Positions 29,394 to 38,688 are shown, counted from the first letter of the stretch. The stretch: 64,000 nucleotides of DNA from Patescibacteria group bacterium (GCA_035291665.1 DATDRP010000002.1:1085-65084), one strand, 5' to 3'. The notes: generated by a model from the letters alone, not told the origin. Made by a program: numbers and translations.

Positions 29394-29789
29394 TCACCAG
29401 TTTCGTCCAGTGGAATTATTAATAGTGGGGCGGTAACCTCTAATTGGGACTTCATTTACAAAAAAAGATTTATTACCTTTATTCATTTCAAAATGAAAAT
29501 GTGCTGTATGACCCGCTCTTGGTTCCGTAGTAATTTGCCAATCACCATTTGAGTTAAAAATAACATTGCGATAAGTAACTCTGGCATCCACAGAATAATG
29601 CTTTTTACCCTCGTCGACTTCAACTGAACCGATAGGTTTGTACGCCCTAAGAAGCCCAGACGAAGCTTTTTTTGGAAACGGACATGGACCACATTCAAGT
29701 CCACGCTGACAAATATCATTTAAAAAAGGACACCAGAATTCTTTCGCCATATTAATGCAAATTATAACAATGAAAACCGGATAAATCAA
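29394..29789 (-). CDS. Small Cys-rich hypothetical protein (between REPs)
   Basis: Likely start MAKEFWCPF; CPF...C....C..CP cluster. Confidence 0.55.
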   Translation of the reverse strand: MIYPVFIVIICINMAKEFWCPFLNDICQRGLECGPCPFPKKASSGLLRAYKPIGSVEVDEGKKHYSVDARVTYRNVIFNSNGDWQITTEPRAGHTAHFHFEMNKGNKSFFVNEVPIRGYRPTINNSTGRNW

Positions 29790-29815
29790 TATTATAGGCT
29801 GTATTACAACATAAT

Positions 29816-29871
29816 CACCCTTCGGGAGAAATCCTTATTCTATTTTTCTTGGTATTTCACCCCAAGGGTGG
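29816..29871 (+). repeat. Type B REP
   Basis: 56-bp unit in the same orientation as the other copies. Confidence 0.92.
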
Positions 29872-29899
29872 TCCTACAGGTAGACAGCGCAGCAAAAAG

Positions 29900-29927
29900 T
29901 TGACTTACCACAAGCTAGTCGTAAAAT
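29900..29927 (+). promoter_or_regulatory. Promoter TTGACT-N16-TAAAAT giving a leaderless start
   Basis: The -10 box ends 6 bp before ATG 29934; no SD. Confidence 0.55.
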
Positions 29928-29933
29928 ATCTTC

Positions 29934-30284
29934 ATGTCCCACGAAAGAAGACTTACATTAAACACATTTATTGAATCTTCAGAAATAAATATTGATGAAA
30001 TTTTTGCCGTTATTTGGCAAGTTAACGAACAGGGGAAAGTAACAAAATGTCTGGGTATGGGAGTTGGTGTAGGTAAAGAAGATGCATTAGGTGCTGCGTT
30101 TACTATGGGAATGAGGATAGAAAATATTCAGCCGGGAGATAGGCTCGAGGAAAAAGAAGCAATTACATTCAGAGAAATCAGCTATCCGCAATTGGTAGGT
30201 AACCTTCTCAAAATTGGCCGTATAAACAAAGACCAAGCTGTGGAACTAATGGCAGCACTAAAGGAAAAAACAGGCAGAGGTTAA
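29934..30284 (+). CDS. Hypothetical protein
   Basis: 116-aa ATG ORF with its own promoter. Confidence 0.65.
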   Translation: MSHERRLTLNTFIESSEINIDEIFAVIWQVNEQGKVTKCLGMGVGVGKEDALGAAFTMGMRIENIQPGDRLEEKEAITFREISYPQLVGNLLKIGRINKDQAVELMAALKEKTGRG

Positions 30285-30329
30285 CTCCATAAAAAGAAAA
30301 TGCAAACTAAACGCACACTACCTGTATAA

Positions 30330-30812
30330 TTGACACAAAATATGGTAAGAGAATTGAATTATGATGGACTGGTAACACCCCCTGAATTTGAAGACCGATG
30401 CAATATGTTTCTTGATGAAATTGAAAAAGTTATAACACCAAAATATCCGGATTTGGAAATATCTCAAAGGAATGAAACGACTGAAGGCTATGCAATTGAT
30501 GAAGAAGTTAAAAAAACAATGATACAACTAATCGGACCTGAGAAGTTCCGAAAATATTTTAACCGGAATACACTCCTACAAAGGCTGAATGACCAACTAT
30601 CGATAAGTGAAAATACCGCAGTTGTTGATATTTGTGGAAACAGTGAATTGTCTATTCCCCGGATTGTAACCTCTGCCCACGAGGTTATCGAGCTTGCGGA
30701 GAAATACCGGGGTATTTATCAGCCATATGGGGGTAACGAAGAATTAGTCAAAGTTTTAATGGAAATACCTGAAAGTCCATTTGCATATCTTCACTTTATT
30801 TTCAGGGATTAA
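30330..30812 (+). CDS. Hypothetical protein
   Basis: 160-aa ORF; likely start MVRELNY just after TATAAT. Confidence 0.6.
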   Translation: MTQNMVRELNYDGLVTPPEFEDRCNMFLDEIEKVITPKYPDLEISQRNETTEGYAIDEEVKKTMIQLIGPEKFRKYFNRNTLLQRLNDQLSISENTAVVDICGNSELSIPRIVTSAHEVIELAEKYRGIYQPYGGNEELVKVLMEIPESPFAYLHFIFRD

Positions 30813-30821
30813 TTTGTATAG

Positions 30822-33140
30822 TTACTTTCCCGATACAGCCTTCAGAAGGAGAAGTTTTTTCTTTAAGATGAACGCTCCCGGGATCAAAGGAAGTCCCAAA
30901 AGGGCATATGCCAAATTAATTCTGACTTTATTTGCAGTTTGCGCTCCTTCAACAACTCCGCCTGTTGTTTCGTCAGACGCTGCATCTGCCAGAAGCGATC
31001 CTCCGCCAATTCCTGTTCCGAAAGCTTTTGGTTTGGTGAAGATTGCGCTTACCAAGGTTGTTGCAACACTTCCTCCGCTGGAACCCGATCCGCCTGAATT
31101 GTTTCCGCTACCTCCTCCTGATCCTCCGCCGCCATTGCCTACCGGATTTGTGACAGGATCAGTGGTCGGATCCAAAATTCCGGGATCTCCTCCTCCAATT
31201 GCCGGTTCCGGATCTGGTTCCTGTTCAAACCCGGGTGGAACAATATCACCCAACCAGCTACCGAATACATTTACAACCGTGACAAAGAGCTTGCCTGTAC
31301 CTATAATATTATTGTTCACAAAGTTGACTATGTTGGCAACTATCTTCGCATCTCCCGTTACTATTGATGAACCACCCATATTCTTCTCAGCTGAGTTGTC
31401 GCCTGTATTTGCGGTGAGAACTACGTTATTAACAACATTGGCGTTGTTGACTTGCGTGAATGTATCGTTATCGTTAACCGTCACATTAGTCGTGTTTACC
31501 GAATCGGTTCCATTGCCATCATTGACTGCCAAAATATCACCCGCATCGTTGACGATAAATTCAAATCCTTCAGAACCCGCCAGGTTGGAACCGTCGCCGC
31601 CGATAATTTTACCTATCCATTTCCCTGCTTCATTAACGATCACCAACCATGCATTTCCACCAATAATATTGGTGTTGGCAACATTCAGAACCTGCGCCAC
31701 AATCCCGGCATCTCCGCTTGTGATGGACGTGTCTCCACCCATGACTTTCGAAAGTCCGTTGTCGCCGGTTGAGGCATCGTAATAAAGATTGTTGTCGATG
31801 TTTGCATTGTTCAGTTGGTTAATAAGATCACTCTGGTTGATATCAACATTTGCAGTATTTGTGGAACCTGAATTATTATTTGTATTTGCTACGGTTACAT
31901 CGGATCCTGTGCAGCAGGCTTCAAGCATCCCGACCGGGATAATAATATCTCCGACCAAGTTTCCGAAAATATTGACAACCGCATAGACAACATCTCCGGC
32001 AATGTTGTTGTTTACCATGTTTACAATATTCGCCTCAATATTGGCATCTCCGGTTGTTATCGAAGCTTCACCCATATTTTTGTCAGCCTCGTTTTTGCCG
32101 GTAATGGCGGTCAATACCATATTGTTTTCCACATTGGCGTCATTCTGCTGGAACGTTGTATCGTTGTTGTTGACTTCCAAATTTCCGGTATTGGTTGAGT
32201 CGGAACCATTTCCGGTATTCAAAACAGCTATCTCTCCCGTACCGCAATTAGAAATGCAGCTATCGGCAAAATTAAGAATAATATCTCCAACCTGATCATC
32301 GACAACGTTAAACTCGGAAACCATAATCCCATCGATATTGGTGTTAACAGCATTAATAATCGTTCCTGTAACATTGGCATCTCCTGTTGTGATTTGTGCA
32401 TCTCCCATATTTTTTTCTACCAGGTTGTTTCCGGAATCCGAAACGTTGTCCATATTGTTTACAACGGTAGTCGTATTTGTCTGAGAATGATTGGAGTCGT
32501 TGTTGATTGTGGCTGAACCGGTATTCGTACTGCCTGTGCCGTTCCCTGAGGATTTGACAACAATTCCGCCGTCAACTCCTGTGTCTGAAGATGTCAAAAC
32601 ATTTTCAATTCCCGTATTTATTATCGCTCCGGTATTATCCGCATTGCCGGTTACAATTGAGGCGTTACCCATTAAGTCGCTTTGAACTTCATCGCCAGTC
32701 GACTGAACAACGGGGGCTACAAGCCCGGAGGAAGTAAGCGGTCCTGGGATTTCCGCTGTCGAAGTCTGAACCGGCTCTTCAGAAGTCGCCGGTGAAGTTG
32801 GTTCTTCCGTAGTTGTTTCTTGGTTTGGTCCTTCCTGAGTTTGTGGAATTTCCCCGGAGGATGTTCCTTCTCCGCTAACAGCTGGCTCTGTTGTCTGATC
32901 CGTACCGTAAACCGGCGCATCGGGTGCAATCGGCGCATTGCTCTCATAAGTTGGTGCATCGGGGGCTGTTGGCACTGATGGGGTATCGCCTTCATACGTT
33001 GGTGCCGTTGGCGCTTCAGGCGCACCCGGGGGAGTTGGAACTGCATAGGTATATCTGGCTCCATTTAAGATTACCATCATAGCAACCAAATAGATTGCAA
33101 CTACCCTTTTGACTATTTTCTTATTAAAAAACTTCCTCAT
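30822..33140 (-). CDS. Secreted, C-terminally membrane-anchored Asn/Gly/Thr-rich repeat protein
   Basis: Signal peptide, Pro-rich PxAP repeats, repeated N.ANV.NN...TG.N...N.G..SI.TGDA units, C-terminal TM and lysine tail. Confidence 0.8.
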   Translation of the reverse strand: MRKFFNKKIVKRVVAIYLVAMMVILNGARYTYAVPTPPGAPEAPTAPTYEGDTPSVPTAPDAPTYESNAPIAPDAPVYGTDQTTEPAVSGEGTSSGEIPQTQEGPNQETTTEEPTSPATSEEPVQTSTAEIPGPLTSSGLVAPVVQSTGDEVQSDLMGNASIVTGNADNTGAIINTGIENVLTSSDTGVDGGIVVKSSGNGTGSTNTGSATINNDSNHSQTNTTTVVNNMDNVSDSGNNLVEKNMGDAQITTGDANVTGTIINAVNTNIDGIMVSEFNVVDDQVGDIILNFADSCISNCGTGEIAVLNTGNGSDSTNTGNLEVNNNDTTFQQNDANVENNMVLTAITGKNEADKNMGEASITTGDANIEANIVNMVNNNIAGDVVYAVVNIFGNLVGDIIIPVGMLEACCTGSDVTVANTNNNSGSTNTANVDINQSDLINQLNNANIDNNLYYDASTGDNGLSKVMGGDTSITSGDAGIVAQVLNVANTNIIGGNAWLVIVNEAGKWIGKIIGGDGSNLAGSEGFEFIVNDAGDILAVNDGNGTDSVNTTNVTVNDNDTFTQVNNANVVNNVVLTANTGDNSAEKNMGGSSIVTGDAKIVANIVNFVNNNIIGTGKLFVTVVNVFGSWLGDIVPPGFEQEPDPEPAIGGGDPGILDPTTDPVTNPVGNGGGGSGGGSGNNSGGSGSSGGSVATTLVSAIFTKPKAFGTGIGGGSLLADAASDETTGGVVEGAQTANKVRINLAYALLGLPLIPGAFILKKKLLLLKAVSGK

Positions 33141-33289
33141 AACTGTGATTTATTACTTATTATAAAATTCCAATTCTTAAATTCTAAATTCCTCATTTCC
33201 TGTCTCTTCCTACCTCCTATTTCCTACCTCTTACCGCATTCTCTTTTCTTTTCTCTATATACTTTTCGCTTTTCCCTAAAGTATCGTCT

Positions 33290-33342
33290 TTTGGTAGCGG
33301 AGGAATTTACTGAAGTGCTAGTAATTCCCCCCGCTAACCAAA
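33290..33342 (-). terminator. Long hairpin downstream of 33354-34667
   Basis: TTTGGTAGCGG.GGAATT...AATTCC..CCGCTAACCAAA. Confidence 0.55.
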
Positions 33343-33353
33343 TGAAACACCTT

Positions 33354-34667
33354 TTATGCTAGATGTAAAAAAGCCAAGAGTTCACTTAAATCTAAAGTTA
33401 AATTTAGATTAAATCCCTCCAAAGGCAATTCCCAATCCCAATCAGGTGCTTCGCCGTAGACGTTAACGTTTCCGCTATTGCCTACTTCGACTGTTGTTGC
33501 TGCATCACCGGTATCCACTGAAGGATCTCCGTCGTGTGAGCCTACAACTTCTTCTGCTTCGTTGTAACCTGTTTTTGCGTATGCATCAACATCGTTATCA
33601 ACTCCGCATTTGTGATGTCCACCGTTAAATCCACCGAACCATAAAGAGAATGGATACTCATATTGAGGTAGTCCACAATTATCTTGAAAGACTGCCACCT
33701 CGTCCTCCAAATCGGCTTTGATCTTGTTCTCCGAGTCTGAGTTGTTTCCGGCGATTTTTGCGGTCAAATCCCACAAACATCCGTCACAATCAACGTTTGC
33801 CCAGTTAAAGTTGACCATATTGTCAACGGTAACTGTTGTGTCTGCATTACCAGTATCGATTGAAACCTCCCCACCGGCGGCCTCTTCAATCTCGTTTTTA
33901 CCAGTTGATGAAGACGCGTCGACATCGTTATCGATGTGACCATTGTTATCTTGAGACAGATAGACTGATCTATCTAAATCGAGATAAATTTTGTTTGTTG
34001 TGTCTGTACCGTTACCAAGTATCTTCAATGAAACCAAACCACTTCCTCCTTGACCGCCGCTCAAAACTGCAGAATTTGCATTCGCAAAAGTTGAGACAGT
34101 CACGGTTGTGGTTGCGTCGCCGGTATCAATAGATGAATCTCCACCGGTAACTTCTTCGATCTCATTTTTTCCTGTTGATGAACTTGCATCGACATCGTTG
34201 TCAACGTCGGCGTGGTTATCCTGGAAAATAGCAACTCCTGATCCTTCTTCATTGTTAACATCAAGGTCAACTTTGTTGTAGGAATCAGAACTGTTACCGC
34301 TAATTAAAACATCAACATCAGATGCACATGATCCGCAACCTTCCACCGATGCGGCGTTTGAGTTTACGGAATTGACTACTGTGACATCAGTTGTTGCTTC
34401 ACCGGTTTCAATAGATGCTTCTCCACCGGCAGATTCTTTGATCTCGTTGCCTCCGGTACTAGCGGATGCATCGACATCATTGTCGATATTAGCGTTGTTG
34501 CTTTGTGAAACATAAGTAGAATTATTCAAGTCTACATTAGCTTGATTTGTCGTATCTGTATTATTACCAGAAATTTCAATAGTTACAGCAAGTGCCGGGG
34601 CCGCGGTATATACCAAGGTCGCAGCAGTTGCGATTATCGAAATTGCTTTCTTTTGTAGTTTATTCAT
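33354..34667 (-). CDS. Secreted Asp/Asn-rich repeat protein (DNDVDA.S.TG.NEI...TGDA repeats)
   Basis: SD GAAGGGGGGTGA before ATG 34667; signal peptide ending ALA; four long repeats. Confidence 0.82.
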   Translation of the reverse strand: MNKLQKKAISIIATAATLVYTAAPALAVTIEISGNNTDTTNQANVDLNNSTYVSQSNNANIDNDVDASASTGGNEIKESAGGEASIETGEATTDVTVVNSVNSNAASVEGCGSCASDVDVLISGNSSDSYNKVDLDVNNEEGSGVAIFQDNHADVDNDVDASSSTGKNEIEEVTGGDSSIDTGDATTTVTVSTFANANSAVLSGGQGGSGLVSLKILGNGTDTTNKIYLDLDRSVYLSQDNNGHIDNDVDASSSTGKNEIEEAAGGEVSIDTGNADTTVTVDNMVNFNWANVDCDGCLWDLTAKIAGNNSDSENKIKADLEDEVAVFQDNCGLPQYEYPFSLWFGGFNGGHHKCGVDNDVDAYAKTGYNEAEEVVGSHDGDPSVDTGDAATTVEVGNSGNVNVYGEAPDWDWELPLEGFNLNLTLDLSELLAFLHLA

Positions 34668-34775
34668 TAAGTATATTTTCACCCCCCTTCTATCTTGACT
34701 ATTTCCCCCTTCGATGAACTCAGGGAGGCACTTCGTCAAGATTAATGTTCAAATTAAATTAAGTACCCCGTTTTA

Positions 34776-34850
34776 CAAAAAAACGGAGGCGCCCCGATTC
34801 GAAATCTTCTATCCAAATTCAAATCGGCGAGCCTCCGTTTGCGGTCGGCA
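34776..34850 (-). promoter_or_regulatory. 5' leader hairpin with U-tract (attenuator-like)
   Basis: AAACGGAGGC/GCCTCCGTTT outer stem; inner stem closes with a G-U pair on the minus strand; followed by a T7 run. Confidence 0.6.
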
Positions 34851-34930
34851 ACGTCCTACAAATATCTAAAACCAAGATTCTTATTTGGGGCAGAAAATTT
34901 TCAAATAACAATTTATATTGATATAGGACT

Positions 34931-34983
34931 TATTACAAATAATTTGTAATATATTATATAGTCGAAAAAAAAATGTTTGTCAA
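34931..34983 (-). promoter_or_regulatory. TTGACA promoter with an adjacent perfect 10-1-10 inverted repeat (operator-like)
   Basis: tgtcaa at 34978-34983; -10-like TATA at about 34953-34960; TATTACAAAT-A-ATTTGTAATA at 34931-34951. Confidence 0.5.
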
Positions 34984-35116
34984 TAACCTAAAAGACTAAT
35001 TTTTCAGCCATTTTTAAGCCCGTTTTATAATTGTTTTGTAATTTAAATTACTATAGTGTAGCTAAAATATATTATCCTAATAAGTAATAAAATAACATTA
35101 CTTTATAATTATGAAG

Positions 35117-35284
35117 TTATCCTTTTTTTCTTGTTGTTTTTATTATTTTCCTGAAGGTTATCTGACTGACCGATCCTTTCTGGATATAGATCTCTACACT
35201 ACCAAAATTTCCCACGCTCTGAAGTGCATTTGAAATATCTTCAATCAAACGAGGTGACATCTTCCTTGTAGAGTACTGATCCAT
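35117..35284 (-). CDS. 55-aa DUF2292/YezD-like small protein (below the ORF-track cutoff)
   Basis: Manual translation MDQYSTRKMSPRLIEDISNALQSVGNFGSVEIYIQKGSVSQITFRKIIKTTRKKG; FGSVEI.I..G.V.QI motif. Confidence 0.7.
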   Translation of the reverse strand: MDQYSTRKMSPRLIEDISNALQSVGNFGSVEIYIQKGSVSQITFRKIIKTTRKKG

Positions 35285-35310
35285 TTTTTATATATGGCCG
35301 GAGGCAGGTA

Positions 35311-36153
35311 TTAAAAATTAAGCTCGACTTTTTCCTTATCGCCATTAATTTCTCCAACCCGAAGGAAAAGTTGTTTATCGCTCTCATTCAAGGGGAAACC
35401 AATCCGGGTTGTTTTTGTTGACTGTGCCTGCACTTCAACCGGATCGTTATGAATGTCCGGTGCCAGCCATTCTGTCTCGTTTCCGTTGATTGAAAGACGG
35501 ACATAATCACGCGTATTAATATCCACATTCGAGGAATATTCATTTGTTACCTTGAGATAGACTATCAGGAAGGTTCGCCCTTTGACTGCAGTTGCCTTTT
35601 GACCTTTGACAATTATTTCATCCCGAAGTTCTGCTTTTTCAATTGTATATTTGATTTTACTCAGTTCCTCTCCTTTTGCATCCTTCAAAGGGAAATAAAA
35701 ATCCCTGTTTATAGAAATCGATTTTTGCGGACCACCGACCTCAATTTTGTCGCCGGCTACGGATCCGCCTCCACCAAATTTAATTTTATTTCTAATGAAT
35801 AAAAATGCCGAAACCAAAACCAATAAAGTTATCAACAATAGTATAGTTTTTTTAAATTTTTTTGAATCACCTGAGAATGGATTTTGGATCCTTCTTGGAC
35901 TCCCTGCATCTGAGAAATCAGATGACCTGTGTTTGGCAAATGACATCATATTCCGAAGTCCCAGCGAAAATTTCAAAATAAGTGACTTGAAAGCACCGGG
36001 AACTGTTTTTAATTTTAGCACTAACACTTTTATTTTTGTCGAAAATTCCGGGAAGTGAAAGGTTCGCCTGGCTGTCGGCGCGTCAATTACACCTGCCGAT
36101 TCAGTTACCTGGTCATGGATGTGTGCTGAAAACGCCAATTTCTTAAATATCAT
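35311..36153 (-). CDS. Single-TM protein with an Ig-like (DUF4352-like) extracellular domain
   Basis: TM, then KGRTFLIVYLKVTN...VEVQAQSTKTTRIGF. Confidence 0.65.
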   Translation of the reverse strand: MIFKKLAFSAHIHDQVTESAGVIDAPTARRTFHFPEFSTKIKVLVLKLKTVPGAFKSLILKFSLGLRNMMSFAKHRSSDFSDAGSPRRIQNPFSGDSKKFKKTILLLITLLVLVSAFLFIRNKIKFGGGGSVAGDKIEVGGPQKSISINRDFYFPLKDAKGEELSKIKYTIEKAELRDEIIVKGQKATAVKGRTFLIVYLKVTNEYSSNVDINTRDYVRLSINGNETEWLAPDIHNDPVEVQAQSTKTTRIGFPLNESDKQLFLRVGEINGDKEKVELNF

Positions 36154-36245
36154 TTTTTAAATTAAAAAACCCCTTTTTCAGGGGCAGCTAAAGTGGTAGT
36201 TATGTTATCGTTAAAGTCTTTGATTTGTCAAGGGCAATTCCAAAG

Positions 36246-36839
36246 CTAATTACCAATCTCCACTTTGATGTGGGTTATTGATTCACCGGGATTTCTGGAA
36301 ATTTCAACATTTACCTCAAACGATCCCGATGCGGCCGATAGCTTATTAAGGATCTTGTCATCAGCGCTGGATTTAACGAAAGAGTTGACGTTCAGATCAA
36401 ATGATTGAATTTTATTTTTATACCAATCTGTAACCTTGTTCGGATGATCCGGACTTTCCAAATTAAGAGTTTTAGTACTGCTCCCAATATTACCAGCTCC
36501 GGGATAATAAAAATCATTTATTGGCGGGTTTGAGGCTGAATTATTATTGCTATCCGATTCCACATCGTTTTTGATTTCTATTTTTTGCTGAACCGGTTGG
36601 GGAGTTTGCGTTGTAGATGGGAGTGAAACTTCTTCCGATATTATACGTGGAGTATCTGTCGGGGAAATCTCATCAGTAGACTTTGCATCGTTTGACTCCG
36701 ACAGGACTTTTTTTTCTAAATTCAGACTATAACTTTCAGGAGATGGGTTATTCTTGATTTCTTTGTACCGAAGATATGAAAATCCCAAAAATAATATTAA
36801 TGTAGCTGAAAAAACTAGGGCATGTTTTTTTAGAGTCAT
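36246..36839 (-). CDS. Membrane-anchored hypothetical protein
   Basis: N-terminal TM, S/T/P linker, YPGA...V.DWYK domain. Confidence 0.7.
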   Translation of the reverse strand: MTLKKHALVFSATLILFLGFSYLRYKEIKNNPSPESYSLNLEKKVLSESNDAKSTDEISPTDTPRIISEEVSLPSTTQTPQPVQQKIEIKNDVESDSNNNSASNPPINDFYYPGAGNIGSSTKTLNLESPDHPNKVTDWYKNKIQSFDLNVNSFVKSSADDKILNKLSAASGSFEVNVEISRNPGESITHIKVEIGN

Positions 36840-36940
36840 GATCTTTTCTTTGTAAAAATCATTATACCTTGTTTGGCAAGAGTGAATTATTTATATAATA
36901 TCACTTACTTCAAGAGCATCTTTCACATCCTTACTGTCAC

Positions 36941-37213
36941 CTAACTATGTTGTTGAACGTCTGATTTTTTTAAATTGATAGCTTCAGCTCGGATTATCCG
37001 TCTTTGAATTAAATTTCTGTGTTTGCAAGCGGTAATCACAGGATGTATCCCGGATTGCATCGAAGCTCGCCTTCCGTTGACAGGCATAAATTTCAACCGT
37101 ACTTCCAGCATCTCACCGTCAAGCATAATTTTCGCGTCCCGGCAAAAAATACCCGGACATAAATCACATTTTCCAATATCATACCCTAGTATTTCAAAGT
37201 TATATAATTTCAT
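36941..37213 (-). CDS. Small Cys-rich hypothetical protein
   Basis: CDLCPGIFC motif. Confidence 0.5.
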   Translation of the reverse strand: MKLYNFEILGYDIGKCDLCPGIFCRDAKIMLDGEMLEVRLKFMPVNGRRASMQSGIHPVITACKHRNLIQRRIIRAEAINLKKSDVQQHS

Positions 37214-37221
37214 TAATGTAA

Positions 37222-37566
37222 TCAGGCTTTACGCCTTGCCAAAACCGCTTTGGTTTGCATTATCCTGAAAATACAGGTATTGATACTCCCATGCTCACCC
37301 AACGACGTTATTTCATCTGCTCTGATAAAATATGCTTTTCGCTGTTCGGATCCCGGATTTTGCGCACAGATTACATTTACACAGTTACTGCAAAATTGCG
37401 CATCAGGTGAAACTTTGTACCACTTAACCAATTTTTGTTTAATAACTTCCATCAATCTCACACTCCTTTTTGATTCATCGGTTTTCCAAACTGTTGCGGT
37501 TCCGGCAATGATGAATCTTTGACAGGGATTTTCTTGAAAATACAGCATTTTAATGTTTTTTACCAT
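37222..37566 (-). CDS. Small Cys-rich hypothetical protein
   Basis: CSNCVNVIC motif. Confidence 0.5.
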   Translation of the reverse strand: MVKNIKMLYFQENPCQRFIIAGTATVWKTDESKRSVRLMEVIKQKLVKWYKVSPDAQFCSNCVNVICAQNPGSEQRKAYFIRADEITSLGEHGSINTCIFRIMQTKAVLARRKA

Positions 37567-37604
37567 TCCGAAAGATGGGAACTTAGAAAATGAAGTAAAT
37601 TATT

Positions 37605-38612
37605 TTATTTCCAACCTTTGGGGTGGATTTTATACCATTTTACAAGGCTTTCGACTGAATCTTTTATCGTACGCTTGGGCGTCCAACCGAGTACTTTTTT
37701 CGCTTTTTTGATATCACCTATTAACTTTGTCGGTTCCCCTTTCCTGGGTTCGCCTCTTTTTGTATCAAATTTAACACCTGTAATCTCCTGAACCGTATTT
37801 ACAATTTCAAGCACAGAATTTCCTTCCCCCGTACCCAAATTAATGATTTCCTGACATTTATTTTTTTGCAAATATTCCAAAGCTTTTATGTGAGCTTCAT
37901 TCAGATCGACCACATTTATATAATCTCTGATCGGCGTACCATCCGGCGTGTCAACTTTACGGTAAGTCAGAAAAAACGGTTCTATCCCCATGGCACCTCT
38001 CACTGCATTTTGAATCAACAAGACTGACGGATCTTTTGAATCACCAATCTCTCCGTCATCGCTGGCGCCGCAGACGTTAAAATAACGAAGGATTACGAAG
38101 TTGAGTCCTTTACGCTTTCCATAAGTTTCAATCATCATTTCCACAATTCTTTTTGAAATGCCATATGGGGTACCTGAATTTATCGGATGGTTTTCGTCTA
38201 CCGGCACATACTTAGCCTCGCCATATACTTCACATGTTGAAGAAAAAACAAGATTTTTAATACCTGCCTCAAGAAGAGCAGTAAGAAGATTGTGCGAACC
38301 GACCACATTATTTTCGAAATACTTTTGCGGATTTTCCATTGATTCATTGACAAGGCAGGACGCGGCATAATGCAAAACAGCATCAACATTTTTCTCTTTC
38401 GAGAAAACTTTTTTAAGAGAGACCGGGTCTTTTAAATCAGCATCATAATAGGTAATTTTTGAACCGAACTTCGATTTCAAAAATTCAAGAGGCTGCCTGT
38501 GACCAGTGGTAAAATTGTCAATCACAACAACCGTATATCCTTTTTGTAGTAGGAGATAGCAAGAAACGGAACCAATATATCCGCCGCCGCCAGTTACGAG
38601 AACTTTCTTCAT
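37605..38612 (-). CDS. galE: UDP-glucose 4-epimerase
   Basis: TGGGGYIGS, YGISK, LRYFN, DGTPIRDYI.V.DL..AH. Confidence 0.93.
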   Translation of the reverse strand: MKKVLVTGGGGYIGSVSCYLLLQKGYTVVVIDNFTTGHRQPLEFLKSKFGSKITYYDADLKDPVSLKKVFSKEKNVDAVLHYAASCLVNESMENPQKYFENNVVGSHNLLTALLEAGIKNLVFSSTCEVYGEAKYVPVDENHPINSGTPYGISKRIVEMMIETYGKRKGLNFVILRYFNVCGASDDGEIGDSKDPSVLLIQNAVRGAMGIEPFFLTYRKVDTPDGTPIRDYINVVDLNEAHIKALEYLQKNKCQEIINLGTGEGNSVLEIVNTVQEITGVKFDTKRGEPRKGEPTKLIGDIKKAKKVLGWTPKRTIKDSVESLVKWYKIHPKGWK

Positions 38613-38688
38613 AATTTCAAAGTTATTTTACCTGACATTATTTTATATTACTAATTCAAAAAAACTATTAGTTTAAACTAGTTGAGTT

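Noticed and set aside
26877-29871. CRISPR array
   Set aside because: Repeats are 56 bp, intervals are roughly 290-820 bp, variable and gene-coding; no cas genes in the window.
30781-31782. 333-aa plus-strand ORF
   Set aside because: Antisense shadow of the repeat protein at 30822-33140.
34776-34900. c-di-GMP-I or ydaO riboswitch
   Set aside because: GTTGCCGA resembles the c-di-GMP-I 3' end, but the GCAAA/GAAA stem elements are absent upstream; kept only as an unclassified attenuator.
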